Shown one piece after another: positions 27,920 through 37,221 of a stretch of DNA of 64,000 nt. Position numbers and translations under genes: made by a program. The notes beneath the pieces were generated by a model. The model made no database searches. It was not told the DNA's origin and was given only the letters and a program-made list of their open reading frames with translations. The first letter of the stretch is position 1. Every line of letters begins with the position of its first letter. The stretch lies in assembly GCA_031285625.1 (NCBI GenBank), contig JAITVV010000084.1:32001-96000 (forward strand), in the 5' to 3' direction. Source of the stretch: Prevotella sp. GTDB lineage: Bacteria; Bacteroidota; Bacteroidia; Bacteroidales; Dysgonomonadaceae.

Positions 27920-29197
27920 TTATTTATCCAATAGCGATTTATAGAAAGTTTCAATATCGCTCCATCTATAATAAGGCAAGATATCACTCCTGACAGGAGG
28001 TACTAGTATTTCTTTTTCATGAAGGAGAAATTTTACAATAATATCATCCGGATTCTTTTTATTCCGGAAAAATACAATCTGTATATTACCTGCCATTGGA
28101 GCCACTTTAAAGTCGCTCCATACTTTATAGAATTCTGATGGTTCGGAAACACTATTATAGCAATCTTTGAGATGAAGCAACATAGCTAATGGTATAATAT
28201 TTCCATCATGGGCAAAACGTAATGTAACTCCTTTACCTCTATTCTGAATAACGACATTAGCCGAGTCCAGAATGTTTTTTAATAAGGGTTTACAGTTTTC
28301 AAACATAAGCCCATTGTTTAATGCAGAGTTGGCGTCATTCACATATAAACGGTAATTTCTGCATTGCCACAGATCGAACAATTCTTCTTTTTCGAAAATA
28401 TCATAAAAAGATAAATCTGTCTCTATATTTTGCATACCTCCTGCAATACCATACAGACCGAGCATGAACGATTTTGGATTTACTTTTTTTAGAACGTATA
28501 TACTATCTGAAAACAAAGACGAAACTAACCGCTGAGGATGTATATGGCTTTCTTCAAACTTCAGATATTCTTCACGCCATGTATCTTTTGCTGACCGGAA
28601 AGCAATAGCTTCCTTTGTATGATGATTCAAGTAACGCTGATGCTTTATGCTCGATTCGCGTGTTATCTGCAATGTAGGATTAAGCTCTTTAAGTCGTTCA
28701 CTAAAAGCGTCCATACTCAACGCGCAGCGTACTATAGTTGTAGAACTGGCAGAAATTTTTACGTTATTACTAAATACTTCCGGAAATGCCCGATACATGC
28801 GCTCTGCAATTCCCCTATGCTCGCGAATCCCTAAAGGAGACAGATCTCCTCCACGCCATTCTACTTCTTGCCAGACTTTAGTCAAACGATTATATACATC
28901 TAACCCTAATGGAGATAATGCATTCTTCATACGCGCATCATCCAAAAGGTCAAGAATATTTTTATAATCACTATCACTTATAAGATAACGTGACCCATGA
29001 CGTCCAAAATGACTTATATAAAACGGTTCGTATCCCTTTGGAACCGGAGTATATGGGACAATATCCCGATCCGGATATGCATAGTAAACTCCTCCTGTTT
29101 TTTCAGGTGTTTCAAATATTTCCTGTTTTGAGGTTTGCCCTACTGTTATACAAATATTCAAAAACAAAAAGAATAATAGAAAGCAAATAGTCTTCAT
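27920..29197 (-). CDS. Histidine acid phosphatase (branch 2, MINPP/phytase-like), secreted
   Basis: SHFGRHGSRYL active site, GDLSPLG..EHRGIA, RCALSM, RFAHDG proton-donor motif. Signal peptide from the ATG at 29197. Confidence 0.88.
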   Translation of the reverse strand: MKTICFLLFFLFLNICITVGQTSKQEIFETPEKTGGVYYAYPDRDIVPYTPVPKGYEPFYISHFGRHGSRYLISDSDYKNILDLLDDARMKNALSPLGLDVYNRLTKVWQEVEWRGGDLSPLGIREHRGIAERMYRAFPEVFSNNVKISASSTTIVRCALSMDAFSERLKELNPTLQITRESSIKHQRYLNHHTKEAIAFRSAKDTWREEYLKFEESHIHPQRLVSSLFSDSIYVLKKVNPKSFMLGLYGIAGGMQNIETDLSFYDIFEKEELFDLWQCRNYRLYVNDANSALNNGLMFENCKPLLKNILDSANVVIQNRGKGVTLRFAHDGNIIPLAMLLHLKDCYNSVSEPSEFYKVWSDFKVAPMAGNIQIVFFRNKKNPDDIIVKFLLHEKEILVPPVRSDILPYYRWSDIETFYKSLLDK

Positions 29198-29279
29198 TAA
29201 TTCTGCATTTTTTAACTCATAGTGCATTTTATGTAACAATGCACTATGAGAAATCAATATATTAATTTTGTGATAAGAT

Positions 29280-30956
29280 TTATTTATAATCCGGATTTTG
29301 AGTTAAGTAAGGGTTTACGGTAAACTCATCCTGAGGAATAGGATATAATTTATATTTATTATTCACATTCTTACCTATATAATTTCCGGCATTTCCATCA
29401 CTACCCTTCCAATCCCAGTTATATCCTTCAGTAAACTTATTAAAACGGATCAGGTCGGTACGGCGCACAAGTTCTGTATGTAATTCACGGGCACGTTCAT
29501 CAAGTATAAAATCTAACGTTAATTGATTATCAGCGATACGTCCTGATGATGCATTTCCATATTTACCCGACAGATATGCCCTGTCGCGAACCTCGTTTAC
29601 ATAACCTAAAGCTTCGTTTTTGCTACCGCCGCCACCTCTGAGTATAGCCTCAGCTGCCATCAAATAAGCATCAGCAGTACGGAACATAGGATAATCTATT
29701 GAGGTATATGTTGCATCTGGGTCTGTCCCATCTTTCATTACATTACGCCATTTGATGCAAGCGTATCCGTTATCAAAATCTTTCTGAAATGCTTTTCCTT
29801 CCACCCATGTTTCTTTTGTATGATCTATTGTAAAGAACTGAGCACGTTTATCTTTCTTTTTATCTCCCCAGGTATCAGCAATATCAAAAGTCTGGTCTGA
29901 AATATCGAACATATCCACCAATTGAGTCTTGACACGGGCATTGCCCCAGCCTCTTCCACCAATACCGGTGGCATAATATTTACTCATAACTCCGTTTACC
30001 AACGCTTTCACCAGGAAGTTTGTTCCTGCATGCCCCGGTGAATGTACTTCGTCCTGAACCAGTGGCCAGATTATTTCAGAGCAAGTATTATTATCTGCTA
30101 AAAAAATATGGCGGTAATCTGAAGCCAAAGGATATTTACCACTATCAATCACTTTCTTTGCATACTGATATGCTTTGTCATACTGGCCATCTCCTACCCA
30201 AGCCTCAGAATTCAAATATATACGGGATAAAAGAAACCAGCCTGCAACCTGATCAACCCGAGCATAGACATTTGTTCCCGGAGCTTTCATATCTGCAGCA
30301 GCAGCCTCTGCTTCAGCCACAACAAAATCATATATCTCACGCCTTGTTTTCTGTTGCGGAATTGTTCCGGTTTCCATTGTTTCATCTACAAAAGGGCCTG
30401 ACCCATAAAGATCACATATCATAGAATAGCAATACGCCCGGATGAAACGTGCTTCAGCACGATAGTACTCATATTCATCTTTAAGTTTGTCATACACTCC
30501 TCTATCCTTTAACTTCGATTCTGTCGTCTCACGTAAAAGTTCATTACAGTAATTGATAGCCATGTAGAGACGGTAATACGGATAACTAACCACCTTAGTA
30601 GACGCATCCCAGTTCAGGTATAATATATCGAGTGTACCATGGCTGCTACCTGCATGAAGAGCAATCTCATCAGTAGGGCATTCCTGAAGATAGAACAAGG
30701 CCCTTGTAAATCCACTATATCCTTCATCAATATTAGGTACATCCTTATTGCCATCAGGCCCGATCTGCCCTGTCATGATTAGTGAACCATAACACTTCGC
30801 TAATACTCCTTCGTATCCTTCGGCTGTACTATAAACATCTTCTGCAACAAGCCGGTTATCATCCAAAGGCATTGTATCCAAATCATTGAGACACGACGAG
30901 AACAGAAAAATTGATGTGACAGCTATTATTATATTTTTTATTAATCGTATTTTCAT
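29280..30956 (-). CDS. SusD/RagB family outer-membrane lipoprotein
   Basis: Lipobox FSSC; AEARFIRAY, RTADAYLMAAEA, ILDERAREL, RRTDLIRF, YPIP, LTQNPDY. Confidence 0.95.
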   Translation of the reverse strand: MKIRLIKNIIIAVTSIFLFSSCLNDLDTMPLDDNRLVAEDVYSTAEGYEGVLAKCYGSLIMTGQIGPDGNKDVPNIDEGYSGFTRALFYLQECPTDEIALHAGSSHGTLDILYLNWDASTKVVSYPYYRLYMAINYCNELLRETTESKLKDRGVYDKLKDEYEYYRAEARFIRAYCYSMICDLYGSGPFVDETMETGTIPQQKTRREIYDFVVAEAEAAAADMKAPGTNVYARVDQVAGWFLLSRIYLNSEAWVGDGQYDKAYQYAKKVIDSGKYPLASDYRHIFLADNNTCSEIIWPLVQDEVHSPGHAGTNFLVKALVNGVMSKYYATGIGGRGWGNARVKTQLVDMFDISDQTFDIADTWGDKKKDKRAQFFTIDHTKETWVEGKAFQKDFDNGYACIKWRNVMKDGTDPDATYTSIDYPMFRTADAYLMAAEAILRGGGGSKNEALGYVNEVRDRAYLSGKYGNASSGRIADNQLTLDFILDERARELHTELVRRTDLIRFNKFTEGYNWDWKGSDGNAGNYIGKNVNNKYKLYPIPQDEFTVNPYLTQNPDYK

Positions 30957-30975
30957 AATCTGATTCCTCCAACAC

Positions 30976-33954
30976 TTAAAAATTAAGATTTAATGATAAT
31001 GTGTAAATTCTGGGACGCTGATAGGTATTTTTATCAATACCACTATATACTTCCGGATCAACTCCCGAATAATTTGTAATAGTACATACATTCTGAGCAC
31101 TAAAAGCCATACGCAAAGAACTGGAATTATTCCACAGCTTATTGAAAGTATAGCCTAATGTGATATTATCAATTTTGAAGAATGAGCCACTTTCCAGATA
31201 ATAGTCAGAGTAGATGCGTTGCTGTACAAACTCGTCTTTCAATGTCTTATGTGATATATTGCTGGATACTTTATTTGCGCTGAACAGGTCGTCGAGAGAC
31301 TCAGATGCCTGCTGATAGTTATATACATAATTACCAAAGCTACCATGTCCATTCATTCCCAAATCCCAGTTCTTGTATGTCAGACGAGTTGACAGACCAT
31401 AGTAATATGGAACTCTGGAACTCTTATCCGTGATATATTTATTTGCATCACTCTCACTGGTAGTAATAGAACCATCTTTAGCAATGTATTGCCCATCCAG
31501 CGGTTTCCCGTTATCATCATATGCTTGCTTGAGCAGATAGAATGTATTCGGAGTCTGATCTACCATATATACCTGCAGATATTTTCCTGTACCTCCGGCA
31601 TTTCCGGTAGGAACATAATTATCATCTGTATCTATTGTATTCAGTTTAGTTATTTTAGAGTTTCCATAAGTAAAATTACCTCCTATCGACCATTCCCAAT
31701 CGCTATTCTTAACAGGTATAGCATTCAGTGCCAATTCAACACCATTACTTTTCATATCCCCGATATTTGTACTGATAACGCTTGTGAAATTACTTCCTGC
31801 AGGAACAAATATTGTATTCAACAAATCTTTTGTTCTGCGTGTATAGACATCGACACTACCGTATATACGATTATTCAGGAATCCGTAGTCTAGCCCGAAG
31901 TTATATGTGCTTGTTGTTTCCCATTTGATATTAGGATCCGATCCATTCGGACGGTACATAGTTACCCATCTGTCTCCAAACTGGTATTGTGCATTATCAT
32001 ACGAAGCCGAATAGTCTGCCAGATGTACATAGTAGTCACCAATTGCCTGTTGACCTGTTTGCCCGTAACTCAAACGTAGCTTCAGATCAGACAAAACATT
32101 TTGGTTTTTCATAAAGTTCTCTTCTGTCATCCGATATGCCAATGCTACCGAAGGAAAGTACCCCCAACGATTGTCTTTAGAAAAACGAGAAGAAGCATCT
32201 GCACGCAATGTAGCTGTAAGCATTAGTTTCTGAGCATATGTATAATTTAAACGGCCGAAGAATGATAACAAATAAAGTTCCTGTTCATCATACTGTGCAA
32301 CATCACTTGAGATCGGTTTTCCATTTAAGTCTGTGGGAACATCTGTAGTAGTATTATACCAGAACTTCTGCCACTCATAACCACCCATTACATTTATATT
32401 ATGCTTATCGGATAAATCTTTTGTATAATTAGCATACATATTGATAAGGTAATTCCTATTCTTACTTTCACTTCCTGATCTACGTCCAGTACCATCATTC
32501 AGATTTCCGGTATACATAGATGGCGCATACTGAGGGGTTGTTTCCTCATATGTATTTTTACGGATATCGTAACCCATATTCAGGTTTAAATGTAGATCCT
32601 CTAAACCATGTACTTTATAATCGAATGCTATATTTCCTATCGATTGTTGCGTCTTATCCAGTTTGTTCGGTAATTTAAGATCGGCGACAGGATTACTCGC
32701 TGCAAGAACAATAGGCACCTCTTTATCTGTCCACATATAATAACCGAGTCCCATAGGATCGGAATATGTTTCATACACCGGACGTGTAGGATCGAACGAA
32801 ATTGCTCCACCGATGCTTCCGGTTGACACAGGTTTATCTCTTTCGATAGTACCCTTTACATTGATATCGACCGCCAGATGATCGTTAAAGAATTTAGGGG
32901 ATAGCCCTATTCCGCCATTAAAACGCTGATAATTATTACCTTTTAATGTTCCATCCTGATTGGTATAACCAAATGACACACGGTATGGAACTTTATTCGT
33001 TGCCCCAGTTACAGATAAGTTATGTTCTGTACCAAAAGCCGTGCGGAAAATTTCTTTCTGCCAATCAGTAGATGCATTGCCCAGCAGAAAATCATCAGGA
33101 GCATTGGCATGTTTAGCAAAAGCCGTTCTATACTCATCTGCACTCAATACATCATAATAGCTTGGCACAGCGCTTATCGTATAATTTGAGTTATATGATA
33201 TCCGTGGTTTAGTATCAGTCAGGCTTCCTTTTTTAGTAGTAACAATTACAACTCCATTAGATGCACGGGATCCATAAATCGCAGTTGCAGAGGCATCTTT
33301 AAGAACTGTAAATGTTGCAATATCATTCGGATTGATCGAACTTAGAGATTTATTGCTTACAGGTACCCCATCGATAACAATAAGCGGGTCGTTTGTTGCT
33401 GAAAGAGAAGCCCCCATACGAATACGTATCGTACTACTGCTGCCAGGAGCACCACTACCCGGTACAATATTTACACCGGCAACTTTACCAATAAGGGCAT
33501 CTTCGGCTTTTAGCTGCATACCTTTATTTAATTCGTCAGGCTTTATAGCTGTTAGTGAACCCGTTGCATCTCCTTTACGAACTTGTCCGTAACCGATAAC
33601 AACAATTTCCTCTAACATTTCCATGTCTTCTTCCAGAATTATAGATAATTGAGACTGACCATCCACAGGAACTTCCTTTGTCTTAAATCCCAAATATGAT
33701 ATAACCAAGACAGCATTTCTGGAGACAGAAATGTCAAAATTTCCATCATCGTCACTTATAGTACCCGCAGTTGTTCCTTTTACAGTAATACTTGCACCAA
33801 TGATGGTTTCTCTGGTTCCGTTTTCGATAACAGTACCTTTAACCTTAATTGTTCCTTGATTTTGAGCTGACAAATGAGGGATTGCCAGTAAAGCTATCAA
33901 AAATAGCAGGCAGGTTCTGTAGTTTGTCCTTTCAATAAAAGATTTCAATTTCAT
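30976..33954 (-). CDS. SusC/RagA TonB-dependent transporter
   Basis: IIGASITVKGT N-terminal domain; VVIGYG; VLKDASATAIYGSRASNGVVIVTTKKG; WETT; terminal LNLNF. Confidence 0.97.
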   Translation of the reverse strand: MKLKSFIERTNYRTCLLFLIALLAIPHLSAQNQGTIKVKGTVIENGTRETIIGASITVKGTTAGTISDDDGNFDISVSRNAVLVISYLGFKTKEVPVDGQSQLSIILEEDMEMLEEIVVIGYGQVRKGDATGSLTAIKPDELNKGMQLKAEDALIGKVAGVNIVPGSGAPGSSSTIRIRMGASLSATNDPLIVIDGVPVSNKSLSSINPNDIATFTVLKDASATAIYGSRASNGVVIVTTKKGSLTDTKPRISYNSNYTISAVPSYYDVLSADEYRTAFAKHANAPDDFLLGNASTDWQKEIFRTAFGTEHNLSVTGATNKVPYRVSFGYTNQDGTLKGNNYQRFNGGIGLSPKFFNDHLAVDINVKGTIERDKPVSTGSIGGAISFDPTRPVYETYSDPMGLGYYMWTDKEVPIVLAASNPVADLKLPNKLDKTQQSIGNIAFDYKVHGLEDLHLNLNMGYDIRKNTYEETTPQYAPSMYTGNLNDGTGRRSGSESKNRNYLINMYANYTKDLSDKHNINVMGGYEWQKFWYNTTTDVPTDLNGKPISSDVAQYDEQELYLLSFFGRLNYTYAQKLMLTATLRADASSRFSKDNRWGYFPSVALAYRMTEENFMKNQNVLSDLKLRLSYGQTGQQAIGDYYVHLADYSASYDNAQYQFGDRWVTMYRPNGSDPNIKWETTSTYNFGLDYGFLNNRIYGSVDVYTRRTKDLLNTIFVPAGSNFTSVISTNIGDMKSNGVELALNAIPVKNSDWEWSIGGNFTYGNSKITKLNTIDTDDNYVPTGNAGGTGKYLQVYMVDQTPNTFYLLKQAYDDNGKPLDGQYIAKDGSITTSESDANKYITDKSSRVPYYYGLSTRLTYKNWDLGMNGHGSFGNYVYNYQQASESLDDLFSANKVSSNISHKTLKDEFVQQRIYSDYYLESGSFFKIDNITLGYTFNKLWNNSSSLRMAFSAQNVCTITNYSGVDPEVYSGIDKNTYQRPRIYTLSLNLNF

Positions 33955-34037
33955 GAATTAATAGATTTAGATTATATATTTCTCAAGTTAAAAAGTAATG
34001 TGTAGTCACATTGTTTTTCTTAGTGAGTTAACAAGTA

Positions 34038-34045
34038 CAAATCTA
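34038..34045 (-). promoter_or_regulatory. -7 element of the susC promoter
   Basis: TAGATTTG on the minus strand about 83 nt upstream of the ATG. Confidence 0.55.
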
Positions 34046-34193
34046 TAATTCACAGAACAGAGTTGTATAGTAAAGTAGAGTATTCAGGTAGATTTTATTT
34101 ATACAAATATAGCCACAAACGACTAATAATAAATACAATATAAAAAATACAAAGATTTAAATAAGTAGATTAAATTACAGATTTAAGGAGAAG

Positions 34194-35813
34194 TTATTTT
34201 CCTATTTGTTGTATTGCCAATGCAAATTCATCCTTAGAAATAGCCAACTTATTTCTGATTTTGAGTTTATAGTTATACACAGTCTGAGGAGAATAATGAA
34301 GAAAACTTGCGATCTTGCTACTATCATTTATCCCTAACCTTATAAGAGCAAATACCCGTAACTCCGGAGGCAGAATATCATCAGCTTTAGGATATATCCG
34401 TTCACCTTCCTGCAACAGGTTATTAAATTCCTCGATAAAATTAGGATATATATTGAGAAACATCACATCAAAATTTCTGAAAAACTCCTTCAGTTCATCA
34501 GCGACGAGTGATGTAGAATTCGTCGTTTTTAAGGCTTCATCAATTTGTCCGGTTTTCAGTTTACGGTTTATATTTATACGATATCCTTCCAGCTTATCAA
34601 TATATGTTGAACACAGATTGAAAACAGAGCCTATATATTCTTCTTTTACCAGATTTGATTCGGATAATTTTTTATTCAATTCATTAAGATCTTCATTCAT
34701 CTGCCTCAAGTCTTTATTCAAGGCCTTCATGGAATGTTTTGCATGTGATAATTTTTTCAGTTGTTTATAAATATAGATAATACTTACGATGAGCACACAA
34801 GACAGTACTGATATAAGGATCAGATATTTAAATAAGTTCTCTTTTTCCTGCTTCGCCTTTTTATCATAGGCTGCAACTATAATGGGTAATGTTTCCGAGA
34901 TTTCCAGTGTACGGAAACGCGCCCGGCTAAACATAGCATCTTCCATTGCACATTTTACATACGCATATGCCCTGACAACATCCCCTTCCTGATAAAGTAA
35001 TACAGCTAACTTACGCAAAGCAATATAGCTCTTTACAGACCTTTTCAGATCGGCTATAGACGAAATGGCCAGATATTTTTTCTGCTGTTCACTGTCGCCG
35101 AGCTTTTCATATACATCCGACAATCCATAAGAGAGAGTACCCAATAAGGATTCATTATTTTTATTTTCATTATAGCATCGGGTCATTAGTTTTAAGGCTT
35201 CATTATATTTACCCAGTTCGACTAATTTCCCATTTTCAACCAGATGATAGCCTAATGTCTGGGGGTCATTTGTCTGCAATAAAGAATCTTTATATTGGCT
35301 TATAAGATTTTTATAATAATCTTTCTCCTTCTGAGACAAAGAATTCTCAGCCAACAAAGAATATATAGAATGATATAAATGATAATAGTACGACCACTCT
35401 TTTTTATCCAGTTTATGCTTATCTATCTTATCAATGATATCGAGAGATTCTTTATACATACCCATTATACCCAGAATTTCCGAAGTATTCATTTCAGAAA
35501 TAAGTATATACTCCTGATTATATATTTTTTTTGCGATATCATATTTTTTATATGATATACTCAATGCAGAGTCCATATTGTAATTCCTGTATTCCTTAAA
35601 TAACTTTTGAAATATCTGATATTGTAATTCCAATTCAGTTGCTCTTTTTAGTCTTGTTTTAAGACTATCAATACGGGATTCTCTTTTATGAGCATACTGG
35701 GGACGCTCTTTTATAGCGTTATCCAGTGCCAGCAGCAAAGAATCCAGCGAGGCACAGTTAACAGTTAATAAGTTAATTATTAGAAATATAGTCAATATAA
35801 AAAATCTTTTCAT
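34194..35813 (-). CDS. SusR-like membrane-spanning sensor/regulator (DUF6377-like)
   Basis: Signal peptide, TPR-like periplasmic domain, one TM helix, coiled coil, KEEYIG, and ELRVFALIRLGINDSSKIASFLHYSPQTVYNYK HTH. Confidence 0.9.
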   Translation of the reverse strand: MKRFFILTIFLIINLLTVNCASLDSLLLALDNAIKERPQYAHKRESRIDSLKTRLKRATELELQYQIFQKLFKEYRNYNMDSALSISYKKYDIAKKIYNQEYILISEMNTSEILGIMGMYKESLDIIDKIDKHKLDKKEWSYYYHLYHSIYSLLAENSLSQKEKDYYKNLISQYKDSLLQTNDPQTLGYHLVENGKLVELGKYNEALKLMTRCYNENKNNESLLGTLSYGLSDVYEKLGDSEQQKKYLAISSIADLKRSVKSYIALRKLAVLLYQEGDVVRAYAYVKCAMEDAMFSRARFRTLEISETLPIIVAAYDKKAKQEKENLFKYLILISVLSCVLIVSIIYIYKQLKKLSHAKHSMKALNKDLRQMNEDLNELNKKLSESNLVKEEYIGSVFNLCSTYIDKLEGYRININRKLKTGQIDEALKTTNSTSLVADELKEFFRNFDVMFLNIYPNFIEEFNNLLQEGERIYPKADDILPPELRVFALIRLGINDSSKIASFLHYSPQTVYNYKLKIRNKLAISKDEFALAIQQIGK

Positions 35814-36042
35814 CGAATGTAGTTCTATGAAGTTATATTAGATTAGTGAAAGAGGTAAACTTAAACAAAGTTATTAATAAAATAATATAAGACTCAAAAT
35901 AAGCTTATAAGAAATAGTTAATTAACTATATCCAGTAAGGTTTCCACCGAGCAACAAATACCTTTTCTTATCATATAAGTGAAGTAGTTATGGAAAAATA
36001 AATATATTTGTCTCTATTTACAAAACAACTCAACAATTAAAT

Positions 36043-37206
36043 ATGACACTATTCCAATCCCAGTTTGATGAAATCAGAAAACTTATAGATTACGAAGATT
36101 TCACTCTGCTCACAAAACGAGTTATCGACTTTACCTTTGATACAGAAAACATAGCTATTTATAAAAAAGTAGTAGAATTTCTTGATTGGTTGGATAACAA
36201 CAATGATAAAACAGAAGAAAAGAAAGAGCAATTCAATCAGATTCTGGGTATGCTTTATCAAGAACTGGTGAGCAAGCCCATTACATTACAGAAAGGGACA
36301 CCTCTACTGATCGCAAATAATTTAATAAAGTCTTATAAGAACTCATCTTTTGCACTTGGTCCAATCAGCTTTGCGATAGAAGATGGCCAGATAGTGGGGC
36401 TCGTTGGAGAAAACGGAAATGGTAAGACCACACTGCTTCGTTCCTTATGTGGCGAACTACAACCAACAAGTGGTGAGATAAAATATATGTTTCCGCACAC
36501 TGACAATTATGACCTCCGCTCTAAATTAATCTATATCCCACAACGAACAACATCATGGCAAGGCTCTTTATTATCCAATCTCCGATTTACAGCTTCGTCT
36601 TATGGAATAACAGGAGATGAAAATATACTAATGGTTGAATTGGTCGTTGCCAGAATGGGATTGCGTAAATACCGGAGTTATAGTTGGAAAAATCTGTCAT
36701 CAGGCTATAAGATGCGATTTGAACTGGCTCGCGCCTTATTAAGAAAACCAAAGTTACTGTTAATTGATGAACCTTTAGCTAATTTGGATATATTGGCGCA
36801 ACAGATTGTCCTGGATGATTTCAGAGATATTGCACGCTCTCCATTCCGTCCGTTGGGTATTGTTCTTAGTTCTCAACAGTTATATGAGGTAGAGAAAACA
36901 TCAGATAGTGTGATCTTCTTAAAAAATGGAACTCCTAGAAATCTATCGCAAGATACAGATGTAACTTATACTGAAATACCTAAGCTTATTATTGAATTCG
37001 AATGTGAATGGAAACAGGATCAGCTTCGAGAGATATTTGAAACTCTAAAACTTGAGAAACTTCAGATAAATGGAGGTACCTATGTTGCCAGTTTTTCAGA
37101 AAATATATCCCAGGATGATTTCTTAACAAAAATTCTCGAACAAAAAGTACCTGTTACCTATTTTAGAAACATATCTAATTCGACCCGCAGATTTTTCCTA
37201 TCCTAA
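36043..37206 (+). CDS. ABC transporter ATP-binding protein
   Basis: Walker A GENGNGKT, signature LSSGY, Walker B LLLIDEP; TATATTTG promoter at 36003-36010. Confidence 0.9.
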   Translation: MTLFQSQFDEIRKLIDYEDFTLLTKRVIDFTFDTENIAIYKKVVEFLDWLDNNNDKTEEKKEQFNQILGMLYQELVSKPITLQKGTPLLIANNLIKSYKNSSFALGPISFAIEDGQIVGLVGENGNGKTTLLRSLCGELQPTSGEIKYMFPHTDNYDLRSKLIYIPQRTTSWQGSLLSNLRFTASSYGITGDENILMVELVVARMGLRKYRSYSWKNLSSGYKMRFELARALLRKPKLLLIDEPLANLDILAQQIVLDDFRDIARSPFRPLGIVLSSQQLYEVEKTSDSVIFLKNGTPRNLSQDTDVTYTEIPKLIIEFECEWKQDQLREIFETLKLEKLQINGGTYVASFSENISQDDFLTKILEQKVPVTYFRNISNSTRRFFLS

Positions 37207-37221
37207 AAAAACATTAACACA

